Source: Octopus bimaculoides (taxonomy: Eukaryota). From it: 64,000 nt of DNA. Shown piece by piece: positions 13,801 through 26,850 of the stretch. The DNA is taken from assembly GCF_001194135.2 (NCBI RefSeq), contig NC_068986.1, positions 13,367,033 through 13,431,032 on the forward strand, written 5' to 3'. Numbering within the stretch: the first letter of the stretch is position 1; every line of letters starts with the position of its first letter. Under the pieces are notes generated by a model. It saw only the letters and a program-made list of their open reading frames with translations, made no database searches and was not told the origin of the DNA. A program made the position numbers and the translations under genes.

Positions 13801-14943
13801 ATCTGTGTGTCCCCCTCCCTCATCACTTGACAACCAACGTTGGTGTGTTTATGTCCCCGTAACTTACCAGTTTGGCAAAAGAGACCAATAGAACAACTAG
13901 GCTTACAAAGAATAAGTCCAGGGGTCACAGTCAAATGACAGAAACAAGTAAAAGAGTATACTGGCTATCATTTAATGACCATTTTCTATTCTGGCATGGG
14001 TTGGATGGTTTGATGGGAGCTGTCAAGCCAGAGAGATGCACTAGGCTCCGGTTGTCTGTGTATGTACAAAGTAAATACTATATACACAACAGTATAGCCT
14101 AAACATTTCAAATAATAAACACAGTTACTTCACATATACCACTTTGTGTAGATTAAACAAAGGCATATTATAAATTGTAATGTGCAAGTGTGTTATTATG
14201 TTTTATGCAGCAAACATGCACAAACATCTTCACACCCACAATATAACATATAACGGTTAATGAGTCTTAAAAATGTGAAGTTTTAATGTATTTTGCAGGA
14301 CATCTGTTGAAGATTTAGTAAAAGCAAACATTGAATGACTGAATGATGTTTTTGTAGTAAAACAGGTTGTAATGTGCTTCCGCAACTCATAAGGCCATCA
14401 ACCAGTAACAGTGAAAGAGAATAAAGCAGTCAGTATGTTAGAATAGCGGAATGTAATTTGTAGTTTGTTTGTTTTGGGAAATGTTATTAAGTGGATAGGT
14501 ATTTCAAGGCAAATCTGAGATATTTCTGTGCTCATAGGCACAAACATAGACATATGATTAAGAAGTTCACTCTATAAACATATGGTTCTGGGTTCAAGTT
14601 TGATTCCACAACATGGAAGATGAGCGTAGTTTATTAAGACAGCAGTTGATTAAACTAACCCTGAGGCAATGTAAAAACAACCAAGCTGGAGCCACATAAA
14701 AAGCTCCTGTGCTGGTGTTGGTGCCATGTAAAAAAGCAACCAGTACACTTTGTAAAGTGGCTGGCATTAGGAAGGGCATCCAGCTGTAGGGAAGTGGATA
14801 TACACCATTCTGTGTATCCCAATTCCGTACATTCAATTTCTTAAGGAAAAGAACAGAACGCAGGCTCTAAACTAACAGCACAACAAATATTTTATTACAG
14901 TAGAATTCTGCTCACACTAGGAGGGAATTCGGTAGCACGTCAC

Positions 14944-15310
14944 CTTTTGGTTAGATGAGACGCCGTCAATGAAGTTGCGTGGTTAGAAGTCATTTTTCTC
15001 CTCTCTGGTTATCTATGTGGCTCCATTGTAGAGTTGTCGGAGAGCTGCTATTGTGACGNNNNNNNNNNGAAGTCATTTTTCTCCTCTCTGGTTATCTATG
15101 TGGCTCCATTGTAGAGTTGTCGGAGAGCTGCTATTGTGACGTCTAGCTTCCACGAAGTTCAGCGTACAAAAGAGATCGAAAGATGCGGGAACGCTTGGAT
15201 ATTGGATGACTACACATGCGCATGAGACTCTTCCTGCATTCCTTCCGGAAGACTAGTCCCTGCGCATGCGTGGATAAACTCTCCAGAATGGCGACTGATA
15301 TTAGGCGCCA
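14944..15310. promoter_or_regulatory. CpG-rich promoter-like island
   Basis: TGCGCATGCG (NRF1-type) at 15261-15270, a second ATGCGCAT near 15216, TTCCGGAA (ETS-type) near 15243, and TGACGTC near 15136. Possible minus-strand exon ATG 14993 to AG|GTGACG 14944. Confidence 0.4.
14986..15141. other. Assembly artefact: 73-bp exact duplication across a 10-N gap
   Basis: 14986-15058 is identical to 15069-15141 on either side of the Ns. Confidence 0.85.
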
Positions 15311-16404
15311 CTACACAGCTATAGAAACCATGTCAAGAACAGACAACTGGAGCCTGGTGTAGCTCTTTGACTTACCAGTGCCTGTCCAACCATCCACCCC
15401 ATGCCAGCAGGGAAGACAGATGTTAAACAATGAAGACATGACTGACATTTGCTCACCATCACCGACAGAATTTGAACCCAGACTAGAAAGATATGTGACT
15501 AAATACAGCAAAACAGATTGCGACCCTTCATCTCCAAGCACAACAGTTCTCAACCAGGGTACATATGGTCCTGGGGAATCCATATCAGGTTTTGTTGTTA
15601 TAATTTATGGGCAATGATTTGGTTATATTTTTACAATATACAAATATTTTAATTTTCTACACAATTCGTAATATTTTAATTATAAAAATGTAACAAGATT
15701 TTCTACATATATACCACGGACGGCTATGGAGGTCAAACAGAGTAAAACAGAAATCAAAGGGATCCACAGGCAGAGAACCAGAAGCAGTCTTAGGGAAGCT
15801 GGTTCCAACTGTTGATGTCCTTATTCAACAATAATATTGAATTGTGCAATACAGGTTCAATTCCAGATCAAGCCATTTCACCCCCTAATATCTTTATGTG
15901 TAGTTTCTGTCTATAGCTTTCTGTTTATATTCTGAAAGAGTAGAGAAAACAGGTTCTTTCTTCCAGTCAGGTTTGTTCTTTACACATTTTGAAGAGAAAT
16001 TCCCCAACAGTGACCTAACAGTCAATTAAGGGGTACAGGGCATTACCACTTTTTGACATGGTTTCTAAGCAAACTCAGCATTCACACAGGAATGCTTGTG
16101 CCTCGCTTAGCGTATCAATTAATGAAAATGAAGAAGTGCTAGTTTAGTTTAACGAACTAGAAACGGCAAGATGCTATCAAATACTTTCAGACTGAAGTTT
16201 TATCTGAAATCTATAAATTTCCAATTAAATGTTCGAATATCAACAACCAGAGAAGACAAACAATAATACCCTCTAACACAAAATGCTAGTGTCAATATCT
16301 ATATTGACAAACTTAAATAACTGCAACTATTTAACCTTTTGATCACTTGACCTCAGAAACTTTCTATGAAATTCTGTTCTCACAACACATCTGTTTCTTT
16401 CCCT

Positions 16405-16492
<88 letters not shown>

Positions 16493-16639
16493 CCTCTTTC
16501 ACATTTGTATGAATGGGTCAGACAGAGTTTATCGAGACAGATTTTCTATTGTTGGATACTCTTCCTGTTGCTAATCCTTAACTATTTCCAAGCAAGTTAA
16601 TATTTTCCCATAGTCAGACATGTTACCACTGACTATAGG

Positions 16640-16935
16640 CAGTGGTGGACTGGGTCTAAAAATATTGGTTGCCAGGAGACTAAGGGGACCCACCTGCAAC
16701 TACAGTGCTATCATTTAATTTTTTTATTTTTTTTGTTAAAAGTATTCTTTTCAACGGTCTACAAACACAGCCAAACTGAAATGATTAATGCATTCTTCAA
16801 AGAATGAATAAAAAATTCTCAAACTTGAGGGGATGGGCCCCTTAGATACTAACATGGGCCCCCATATAGAGATTCTAATGGCGCAGGGGCCCACTTACCA
16901 TTGCGCAAGCTGGCAACTTGGCCAGTCCACCACTA
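16640..16935. mobile_element. hAT-type MITE
   Basis: TIR cagtggtggactgg / ccagtccaccacta (13 of 14 match) and an 8-bp TSD actatagg at 16632-39 and 16936-43. Confidence 0.8.
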
Positions 16936-17337
16936 ACTATAGGAAATGAACAACATTCATTTACGACAATCATGTGATGTCAAAAGAAGGAGACAGAATC
17001 ACTCTCTCTCACACACACACAAACATGCATACATTGTGTGTGTGTGCACATGTGCGCATATATGTGTCTATACATTGGACATAGCAAATAATTTGTCACT
17101 TGAAATCATATTTGTGATAATTCCAATATTTTTTTTCCTTTTATAAATCTAGAAAGTTTAAAACAAGAAAATTCATCAGTATAGCAAGCAAAGAACTTAT
17201 ATTGCATTAGAGAATTTCCGATGACTCCTCATAAGCAAATTGGTTCCGATAATTTGGTTAGTTTCATGTGAATTGCTTTTAGCACATCGTCTATCCCTGA
17301 CCAATGGCTAATATAATGCTAACAACTAAATTGTAAT

Positions 17338-17486
17338 ACAGTTCTATATTTAAGAGATGAGGAATTATGTATATTATTTACATTATTTACATTTGACAGA
17401 TATTTGACATTTGACAGGCATATGGCATAGTGGTTGAGAGCGCAGGCTACTAACCCCAAGATTCCGAGTTTGATTCCAGGCAGTGA

Positions 17487-17563
<77 letters not shown>

Positions 17564-17700
17564 TCGAAAAAATTACCTTAGGAATGAGAACCCAGGTTAA
17601 AAATTTCTCCATGACACCTGATGAAGGCTGGAGGGTATATCAGCCAAAACATATTAACAACAAACAAGATGAGAACAAATATCCATCAAATGTAAATAAC
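17338..17700 (+). mobile_element. Family B tRNA-head/(AAT)n/hammerhead-tail element with inverted tail fragment at its 5' side
   Basis: Inverted tail ~17338-17406, A box tggcatagtgg, B box gtttgattcc, (AAT)n 17491-17562, hammerhead with G12 mutated (cagccAAAAc). Confidence 0.75.
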
Positions 17701-19898
17701 TAAACATGACAGCCCCAATAAGGGAATCATACTGCTGCTATATATGTTTGTGAGAGCTTGACAGGCATCTTCAACCAGCTGGTGTTGCTATTTCAGGCTG
17801 ATGACAAGCAATGACTCAGAAACATGTCCCTGAATGCAGACTAGGCTGGGTGGAGGCTTGTCTCCCCCTCGTAAACATAAGGACACAGGAAATATGTCAA
17901 GGTCGACAGGAAGCGGTCCAGCTTCCTAGGGCTAAATAGCAGCAGTATGATTCCCTTATTGGGACTGTCACATTAAGTTGACAGTATACAACTGCTTTAT
18001 CGTAACCCAGCTGCTTAAGTCTCTCTGTGAGATTTATAATTAGATCATTTCTAATTTTTGTAAATAACTAAATTGTACATATAGTTGCATGGCTCAATTA
18101 ATTTGGTGGACAGTAGTAAGTAGAATAAGGTTTTGCTTCACATGGTATGATTATTTCAAAATTACAAGAAGTGGGGTGATACATTTCAGGTGTTTTATAT
18201 CTTCATCACAAGTCTCCGAAAACATAACATTAACCTTCTTTTAAGTGTGAGTGAGCTGACAGTACGATTGAGTCAAAAGTTTTACAAATGTTTTGGCATT
18301 TTATTTACTTTAGTTGCCAAGTTACAAAGAAAGAAGTCTAACATTCAAAGTAAAAGCTGTTTCCTTTGAATTTTATTGATATATTCACAGATTACATCAT
18401 AACATCTTCAGATAAAATTTTAAATAGATATAAAACAGACGAGAGAGTACCTAATTGACATGTCTAGATTCTATTGAATTTTATAACTAATCCACGCGTG
18501 TGTGTGTGTGTGTGTAAACCTGGCTGTGTTGTTAAAAAGTTTGCTTTGCAACCATGCAGTTCTGGGTTCAACCCCACAGTGTGGCACTATGTGCAAGCAT
18601 CTTCGGTTTGCCACAAGCAAATCAATGTCTTGTGATTGAACTTGATAACTATACAAAACTTGGCCGCATGTGTGCGTGCATGCGTATGTGTTGTATGTGA
18701 ATGCATGTGGGAACATGCATGCATGTCTGTAAGAATTTTTATTTTCTAAGATTGCATGAGCTACAGTTGATGTTCTCTGTTTGCATTTCTCTTTGTCTAT
18801 CCACAGACCATCTGGTCTCTTTGCTTTTGAAGACATGTATAAAGGTAAGGCTTAGTGACAGGAAGAGCATCCAGCAGTGTAACACAATGCACCAATATGT
18901 GTTTATCTAAAACATGACAGCATAGAGAAACAGATATGAACAAATGAATGAGCACAGGGGTGTGGTCAGGAAGTTTCCATTTCAGTCACATGGATTCCAG
19001 TGGAGTCCCAATGTGTGGCATCTTGAGCAAGTGTCTTCTATTATAAACCCAAGTAAACCAAAGCCTTGTGAGTAGATTTGGTAGACAAAAACTGAAAGAG
19101 CTTATCGTGTGTGTGTGTGTGTGTAGCATTGGGCCTCAGGGAGATAAAGTGGCCGAGTTCCTTTTGAGTGTTGGGCCTCACAGAGGCAATGACTGAGACC
19201 CTTGGCATTATGTCATGCTTGAGAAGACCCATCAAGCCGAGCAGAATCGCAGTCATGGCAGATACCAGTGTCACACAAATGACACCCATGTTGGTGGCAC
19301 GTAAAAGCACCCATTACACTTTCAGAGTGGTTGGCATTAGGAAGGACATCCAGCCATAGAAAACCATGCCAAATTAGATGAGTCTGGTGCAGCCTTCCAG
19401 CTCACCAGCCTTGGTCAAAGTGTCTAACCCATGCCAACATGGACAATGGACAGTGATGATGATGATGACAATGATGATGATGATGATGATGATGATGATA
19501 TATAACAAAAATACTTATAGGGAACATCACATCTTTAACTGTAAAATTCCTCTTACAAAGCCAACAATTGTTTCTGTTGTATTAATCCCATTCTTTCTTC
19601 TTAATCAAGGAAAAGAATCTTTATTAGATTTTATCAGGAAGCCAGCATCTGATAAAACCATACAGGTAACAATTAATACAAAATATATAATTATCATTAT
19701 TTACATTAGATGGATATTTGTCCTCATCTCGCTTGTTAACACGTTTCGGCTGATATACGCTCCAGCCTTCATCAGGTGTCGTGGGGAAATTTTGAACCTG
19801 AGTTCTCATTCCTGAGGTATTTTTCTAATGTTGTTGTTTATTATTATTATTCAGGTCGCTGCCTGGAATCGAACACCACTGGAAAATACAAACACCAC

Positions 19899-20042
19899 AG
19901 AGAACACCACTGGAAAATACGAAAACTAAAAGAGGCAGCACATATGCTAGGACATAGTAACCTTCTAGGCAGGCCTAGTGCAGATATGAGTAGCATATAG
20001 GAACCAGCATTAAGGAAGGATAGGAAAATATTAGATTTATAA
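19899..20042 (+). pseudogene. Remnant C-terminus of a Penelope-like GIY-YIG endonuclease ORF
   Basis: Translates REHHWKIRKLKEAAHMLGHSNLLGRPSADMSSI*EPALRKDRKILDL*. This resembles the PLE C-terminal pattern W..RK.KEA..I...L.NR.....S.IW.P.L; recognised by eye, not searched. Confidence 0.6.
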
Positions 20043-20205
20043 GCCCTAACATTCACTCCATAATTGCCCATGGCATAGTGGTTAAGAGCATGGGCTACTA
20101 ACCCCAAGATTCTGAGTTTTATTCCAGGCAGTGACCTGAATGATAATATAAACAACATTGGGAAAATACCTTAGGAATGAGAACTCAGGTTCAAAATTTC
20201 TCCAA

Positions 20206-20251
20206 GACATCTGATGAAGGCTAGAGAGTATATCAGCCGAAACGTTGTGTT
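20206..20251 (+). ncRNA. Minimal type I hammerhead motif, family B (best-preserved copy)
   Basis: gacat/gtgtt stem I, CUGAUGA 20211-17 plus an extra A, ggct/agcc stem II, GAAA 20239-42, loopless palindromic ACGU helix III, GUU triplet 20244-46. Confidence 0.6.
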
Positions 20252-20551
20252 AACAACAAACAAGATGAGGACAAATATCCGTCAAATGTAAATAATGTAA
20301 ATAATGTACATAATTCCTCATCTCTTAAATATAGAACTGTATATAATTATCATGCCAATGTGACAAATAATGTACTTCTTAGAGCCATTTGGCATCTATT
20401 TCTAGCAGGTGGCACTACGTAAGGGCAACCAGCTGTAGAAACTTTGCCAGATCAGATTGGAGCCTGATGCAGCCTTCTGGCTTGCCAGTACTCAGTCAAA
20501 TCATCCAACCCATGCCAGCATGGGAAAGCAGACGTTAAACGACGACGACGA

Positions 20552-20591
<40 letters not shown>

Positions 20592-20955
20592 CATACACAC
20601 ACACACACACTTAAGATATAAACACAATTCAAATAAATTCAGTGTAATATTTTTGATTCTTCTGTGAATATGTTTCCTTTGCCAAGTAAGATACAGAAAG
20701 ATATAAAATGATTTAAACCTTCCCATCAGACCTAGGAATATCGGACTTCTCTAAATAATTCTTGACAGCTGTAAATTATTCTTCAATGACAAGCTTCCAC
20801 AACTATTGGCAATGTTTCCTTGATGCATCTCATACTATCTATAAAGTGTTCATATGAAAAAGATTTAGTCAGTTAACAGTTTGAACTTGGTACTTTACAT
20901 ATGCACAGAAGATAAATAGAGATAAGCCCCAGGTGGGTCAAGTCAGCAATTCTGT

Positions 20956-21391
20956 TTAACCCTTTTAGCATTTAAACCAGTCATATCAGGCCCAAGCATT
21001 CTGCCTGCTTTATGTTCAAACCGGCCAGATCTGGCCCACAAGGTCATTCTAAAGATAAGCACTTACATCATCAAAATCTGGAAGAAGCTACAAGATAATA
21101 TATGCTTAATTCAAAACAATGGTTTCAAATTTTTCCACAAGGGCAGCCATTTTGATGGGGAGGGGATGAATCGATTACATCGACCCCAGCGTTCAACTGG
21201 TACTTAATTTATCAACCCCAAAATGATGAAAGGCAAAGTCAACCTTGGCTGAATTTGAACTCAGATCAGAGCGAAGGGTGAAATACTGTTAAGCATTTTG
21301 GCCAGCGTGCTAACGACTCTGCCAACTCACTGTTTAACGTGAATAAATAAACATGACATTTGACAGAGTAAACTGAATGCTAAAGGGTTAA
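20956..21391. mobile_element. piggyBac-type MITE (second family) with nested SINE
   Basis: TTAA-CCCTTTTAGCA...TGCTAAAGGG-TTAA ends. The SINE occupies 21121-21338; an uninterrupted relative lies at 9728-9952. Confidence 0.75.
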
Positions 21392-21872
21392 ATAAAATTT
21401 TTAGAATAAGGCCTAGCTAGAAATGTCACGACTCCTCATGTCTCCCTGTGGCACACAATATTTTAGGAATTTTAAAACTTTTCTTTAGTTCTTTTTTGCC
21501 AATACAAACTATTTCTAGATTCCTCAAACATCAGGGTTTTTTTTACCTCTCTGTAAAATAATTCATGTTTATATTCTTAAGCACAAAAATATGTGAATTT
21601 TATGCTTTTTTATTTCTTATAATTCCTTAATTTTAATTTCAAGCTTCTAATCTTTCTTTCAGCTACAAAGAAATGATTGTCTCCCTTGTAATAGCTGCAA
21701 TAGTTATCGGGACCACATGTGTCTATTACTAATGATTTGGGGAAAGTGTCACATGGTTCGTGTTTGACTAATCATTTCAAATGTGTACTGAAAATAGTAG
21801 CAGTTTAGGTTTTGCCTCCTACATCTAGTATTGTATAGACACAAGGCAATTTATGTCTAAAGGTGTGTTTTT

Positions 21873-21929
<57 letters not shown>

Positions 21930-22123
21930 CCACTCACAGGACTTTGGTGAGCTTGGAACTATAATAGAAGACACTTGTACAAAATACCACACTGTGGGAC
22001 AGAACCCGAAACTACATGGTTGAGAAACAGACTACTTAACCACGCTGCCATGCCAGAACTTATATATATATGTATGAGAATAACTGTGTTAATACACACA
22101 GAAGTATACACATGCATTGCTTT

Positions 22124-22160
<37 letters not shown>

Positions 22161-22338
22161 ATTGTGTATGTGTTGTGTATATTCATGCATGCATGTGTAA
22201 AAGTACAAGCCAGATGTGATGGCATACATGTGTGAAAGTATTTTGAGAGAGAGAGAGAAAAGTGAGAGAGAGAAAAACAAAGTGACACAAAGAAAGAGAA
22301 AAGGAAACAAAAGGAGAATGACAAAGAAAGCAACAGAA

Positions 22339-22386
<48 letters not shown>

Positions 22387-25300
22387 AGAGATTATGTGAG
22401 TGAGATTGCATTAAGATATCAAGTAGTCGAGGCCAGGATATGAAATCACAGACATAAGCTCCTTTGAGATAGCATGAGCCAATAAATAAATAAATAAATT
22501 CATAAGAGATGGAGAGGGAAAAATAAAAAACAAAGGAGAAATCAATAAAAAAAAAATCCGTCCATTATCTTGAGAAGATTTCAAACAGAACACGAATAAG
22601 AGAACAACCCACTCCATGCTTTTATTTGTCTCACACGGTTGTAAGTCAGACCAGATACATTATGGTATTTCCTTGAGTGGAGAGCACTGGACTACAACAA
22701 AAGTGCTTCAGGTGTTGGGGATGGGAATGTGTGTATGGCTGCATGGTTAAGAAACTTGCTTTACAATCATGTGATTTCAGGTTCAGTCCTGCTGTGAGGC
22801 ACCTTGGGCAAATGTTTTCTGCTGTAACCTTGGACTGACCAATGCCTTGCGAGTGTATCTGGAAGATGGAAACTGTATAGAAGCCTTGTATGTGTATCTT
22901 CCCTTTGCAAATACAGACAGGACACAGATGTGTGTCAATAGCCAGCTGGAGATGTTCTCCTGGGGCTAAAAGCAACAGTAACATCCATCCTTAGGGTTTA
23001 GCCGCATTTAAGTGGCAAATATATATTTATTCTTTTATTCTTGTTTCAGTCATTTGACTGAGGGCCATGCTGGAGCACCGCCTTTAGTCAAACAAATCGA
23101 CCCCAGGACTTATTCTTTGTAAGCCTAGTACTTATCCTATCAGTCTCTTTTGCTGAACCGCTAGGTTACATGGACATAAACACACCAACATTGGTTGTCA
23201 CATGATGGTGGGGGGACAAATATAGACACACACACATACATATAGCCTGGATGGAATATTATGCATGCACTGTTTCGTTATTTCAGGTAGAAATGCGCTA
23301 CAATGACATATTGTTGTTATGTATATCCTAGTCAGCTTTCGTTAAGCAAACCGATGTTTTGCAGTTAATCAACCGAATAACTAGGTGTAATCTGCTGCTA
23401 CCTGTTGTTACAAACAGGTCATGCATCTGTCAAATTACACACCTGGTCATGCAGTGGTTAATCATATTGTGTGTGACAGACGAGACATATATTCCCACCA
23501 TTCTCTACTCTAAGCCTTTTATATTCAGGTGATAAACACATTGAAGGCAGGTGAGATGGGCTTAATTAGTGAGTGACAGCTGTCATTTGGTGATGTCATT
23601 TAGCCACTGATCACCCATCAATGAGATGATCAATGATCAAAGGTGCTCCAGCTTTAACTGACACCGTTTTTTGTTTTGTTTTTTTTTCTCAGAACAGATT
23701 GAAGGAAATTTGGCTGCTATTTCTAGCATGTCATGTAACCACATAGACACTGCCTTGTACTGTCACTTGTAGCTGTGATCGGTAGCCATGAGCAGTTCTA
23801 CTTGAGTAGACTTAGAACAATTAAACAACTTTCTCACTAGACTGTGCAACTGGTTGTTTAAAGAGAAGGAAAAACCTACATGTGCACACACACACACACA
23901 CATCAAATGTAGAGTATGTGGCACTAATGGTGAAAATATGTTGAGTAAAGAAACAATAGGGCAAGGTTGTTTATGGAAGACCAGCAGTCGCCCATGCATA
24001 CCAGCCTCCCCTCTCCACGCCACCAGTGTTATCCAAGGGAAAGGCAAAGGGGCCGATACAGCTTGGCACCTGTGACATTGCAGCTCATTTCTACAGCTGA
24101 GTAAACTGGAGCAACGTGAAATAAAGTGTCTTGCTCAAGAACACAACACACAGCCCGGTCCGGGATTCGAACTCACAACCTCACAATCGTAAGCTCGGCG
24201 CCCAGCTTTGAAATAGCCCTACCACTCTGCATATTTCAAAGCTCGGCGCCCAGCTTTGAAATAGCCCTACCGCTCCGCATATTTCCTTCTAGCTGCAAAA
24301 GATTCAGCTAGGGAATACTTGTAACGAGAGATTTCTGTCTTTGATTCAATGCCACAGACACTAGCGATAAACAGCAGCAGCACCCCAACTAAATACCATC
24401 ATGGGCGGTGAAAGAATTTATATGAAGAAGACAGCAGTGATTTACATAATAATACAATGAAAGAAAAACAACACAGTTACAAGATTTTACCAAGAATAAA
24501 TTAGTAAACATATAAATGAAAAACAAAAGCAAAAAAACAAAAATAGAATCAAAAACATGAATGGTTGTACATTGTAGAGATATCTTTTAAAATTACACAA
24601 ACGGAAATGAAGAGATAGATAAAAGAGAGATAAGCTGTTGCTTTTAATCTCTTGAGACTAGTTGAAGGAGATGTTAAATGTAAAAGAAGAAACAATTTAG
24701 ATTTTTTTTAAATATATACATATATGTATGTGTATATAATTATGTCTTTCAGTTAAATGTTTTTAGGTGGAGAGTAATCTTGTAGATGATTTTGGATGAA
24801 AAGAAATTTCAAATAACTTGTGTTAACTTCTGTACAATAGTTATATTAACGCTTAATGCATTTAGTGTGAAGAACATTAGAGACAACTAGAAATAATTAT
24901 GTGCTGAGGAAAAAGAAATAATAATGTTAGTCAATAGTATATTTTTTTTATCGTTATTTTGTCAAAGATAGGGGAAAATTCTGAACAGGCTTTGGTCCTT
25001 AAAAACCTGGCACTCTGTTGGTTATGACAAGGGCTCCAGTTGATCTGATCAACGGAACAGGCTGCTCATGAAATTAATGTGCAAGTGGCTGAATACTCCA
25101 CAGATACACGTACTTTTAATGTAGTTCCCAGTGAGATTCAGCGCGACACAGAATGTGACAAGGCTGGCCCCTTGTGAATTACAGGTACAACTCATTTTTG
25201 CCAGCTGAGTGGACTGGAGCAACGTGAAATAAAGTGTCTTGCTCAAGAACACAACACTCTGCTAGGAATCAAACTCATGACCTTACAATCATGAATCAAA

Positions 25301-26488
25301 TACCCTAACCACTAAGCTATGAGCCTTCATGCTTCGATCTTATTATGATCTCATCAGCAAAGTATAGACCTCACTGTACATGTTGAAGTAGTGATGAAAG
25401 AATCATTAAATAAATGTACAAGTTTGTACACTGGTTGGCAAAGCCATGTAGTCCCTCTACAGAAAGTAACCTCTCCATCATCATTAATCCTTGGACATTA
25501 CTGTTTTGAGTCCCAGGACTCGTAGGGCTGGTTGCCATGACATACAAATGACCGAAATCAAACCGTCTCCACTGAACAGGATACCAATACGTTGCAGGGT
25601 TACTCATTTCCAGATGAGTGAATTGGAACAATGTGAAATAAAGTATTTTGTCCAAGAACACAAAAACACCTCCTAGTCTGGGAATTGAAATCACAATCCC
25701 GCAATTATAAGTACGACACCCTAACCACAAGCCCATGTGCCTTCACTTCATCGACAATGACCTAAGGTTAATTAACAACAACTTGGTCAACCTTAGGAGA
25801 GAGTTACTAATCTTTTGAAGATTTCTATGAACACTTGTGGCTCATGAATGAATAAAGACTATGTTTTCTGACTTCTTATCACGTGTCATATTATTATTAT
25901 TATGCTGCAAATCAAACCAAGAAGTCCATCCTTTAATATCATACAAAGGGACCACACCTGCGATTTCTTAGTCAACACTGAATTCATTGTTCTTCAACAG
26001 CAATAACAAACTATGATGATTATGCTGATGATGATAATGATGACTCAAGACTAAACACACAAAACATAAACAGGATGTATAATTTTTTTTTTCTTTCTTT
26101 TTGGAGGTAAACAGAATATCACAAACTTTTCTTTGTCTTCCCAATCGCATGGTTCTCGGTTCAGTCCCACTGCATGGCACCTTGGGCAAGTGTCTTCTAC
26201 TATAGCCTCAGGCTGACCAGAGCCTTGTGAGTGGATTTAGTTGATGGAAACAGAAAGAAGCTTGTGTATCAAAATATATCTGTGTGTGTATGTTTGTATT
26301 TGTCCCCACCACCACCACCACTTAACAACCAGTCTTGATGTGCTTACAAGCCCATAACTTAGTGGTTCAGCAAAAGATACTAATAGAATAACTACCAGGT
26401 TTTACAAAAAAGTCCTGGGGTCGATTCATTCAACTAAAGTTCTCCAAGGCGGTGCTCCAGCATGGAGCAAGTAGTGATGGGTGCAGGC

Positions 26489-26850
26489 ATGGTTGTGTGG
26501 TAAGTAGCTTGCTTCCCAACCACATGGTTCTGGGTTCAGTACCACTGCATGGCACCTTGGACAAGTGTCTTCTACTTTAGCCTCAGGCCGACCAAAGCCT
26601 TGTGAGTGGATCTGGTAGATGGAAACTGAAAGAAACCCTTCATATGTATGTGTGTGTGTGTGTGCTCCTTCCACCAATGCTTGACAACCGATGTTGGTAT
26701 GTTTATAGCCCTGTAACTTAGCGGTTCGGCAAAAGATACTGATAGAATATTAGGCTTACAAAGAATAAGTCCTGGGGTCAAATTGTTTGACTAAAGGCAT
26801 TGCTCCAGCATGGCTGCAGTCAAATGACTGAAACAACTAAAAGAATAAAA
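26489..26850 (+). mobile_element. tRNA-derived SINE family 2 (representative; dozens of copies)
   Basis: Head tggttgtgtggtaag...ggttcagtcccactg, core ttgggcaagtgtcttctactatagcc, internal (TG)n, tail cagtcaaatgactgaaacaagtaaaag. Confidence 0.8.

Larger units (their letters stand above)
19684..20353. mobile_element. Penelope-like/tRNA-SINE chimeric insertion, inverted pair with tails outward
   Basis: Minus copy 19698-19872 and plus copy ~20065-20339 of the same element flank a coding remnant. The 14-bp direct repeat tatataattatcat lies at 19684-19697 and 20340-20353. Confidence 0.7.

Noticed and set aside
14986-15141. 73-bp direct repeat as a biological duplication or LTR
   Set aside because: Exact copies abut a 10-N scaffold gap, which is typical of unmerged contig overlap.
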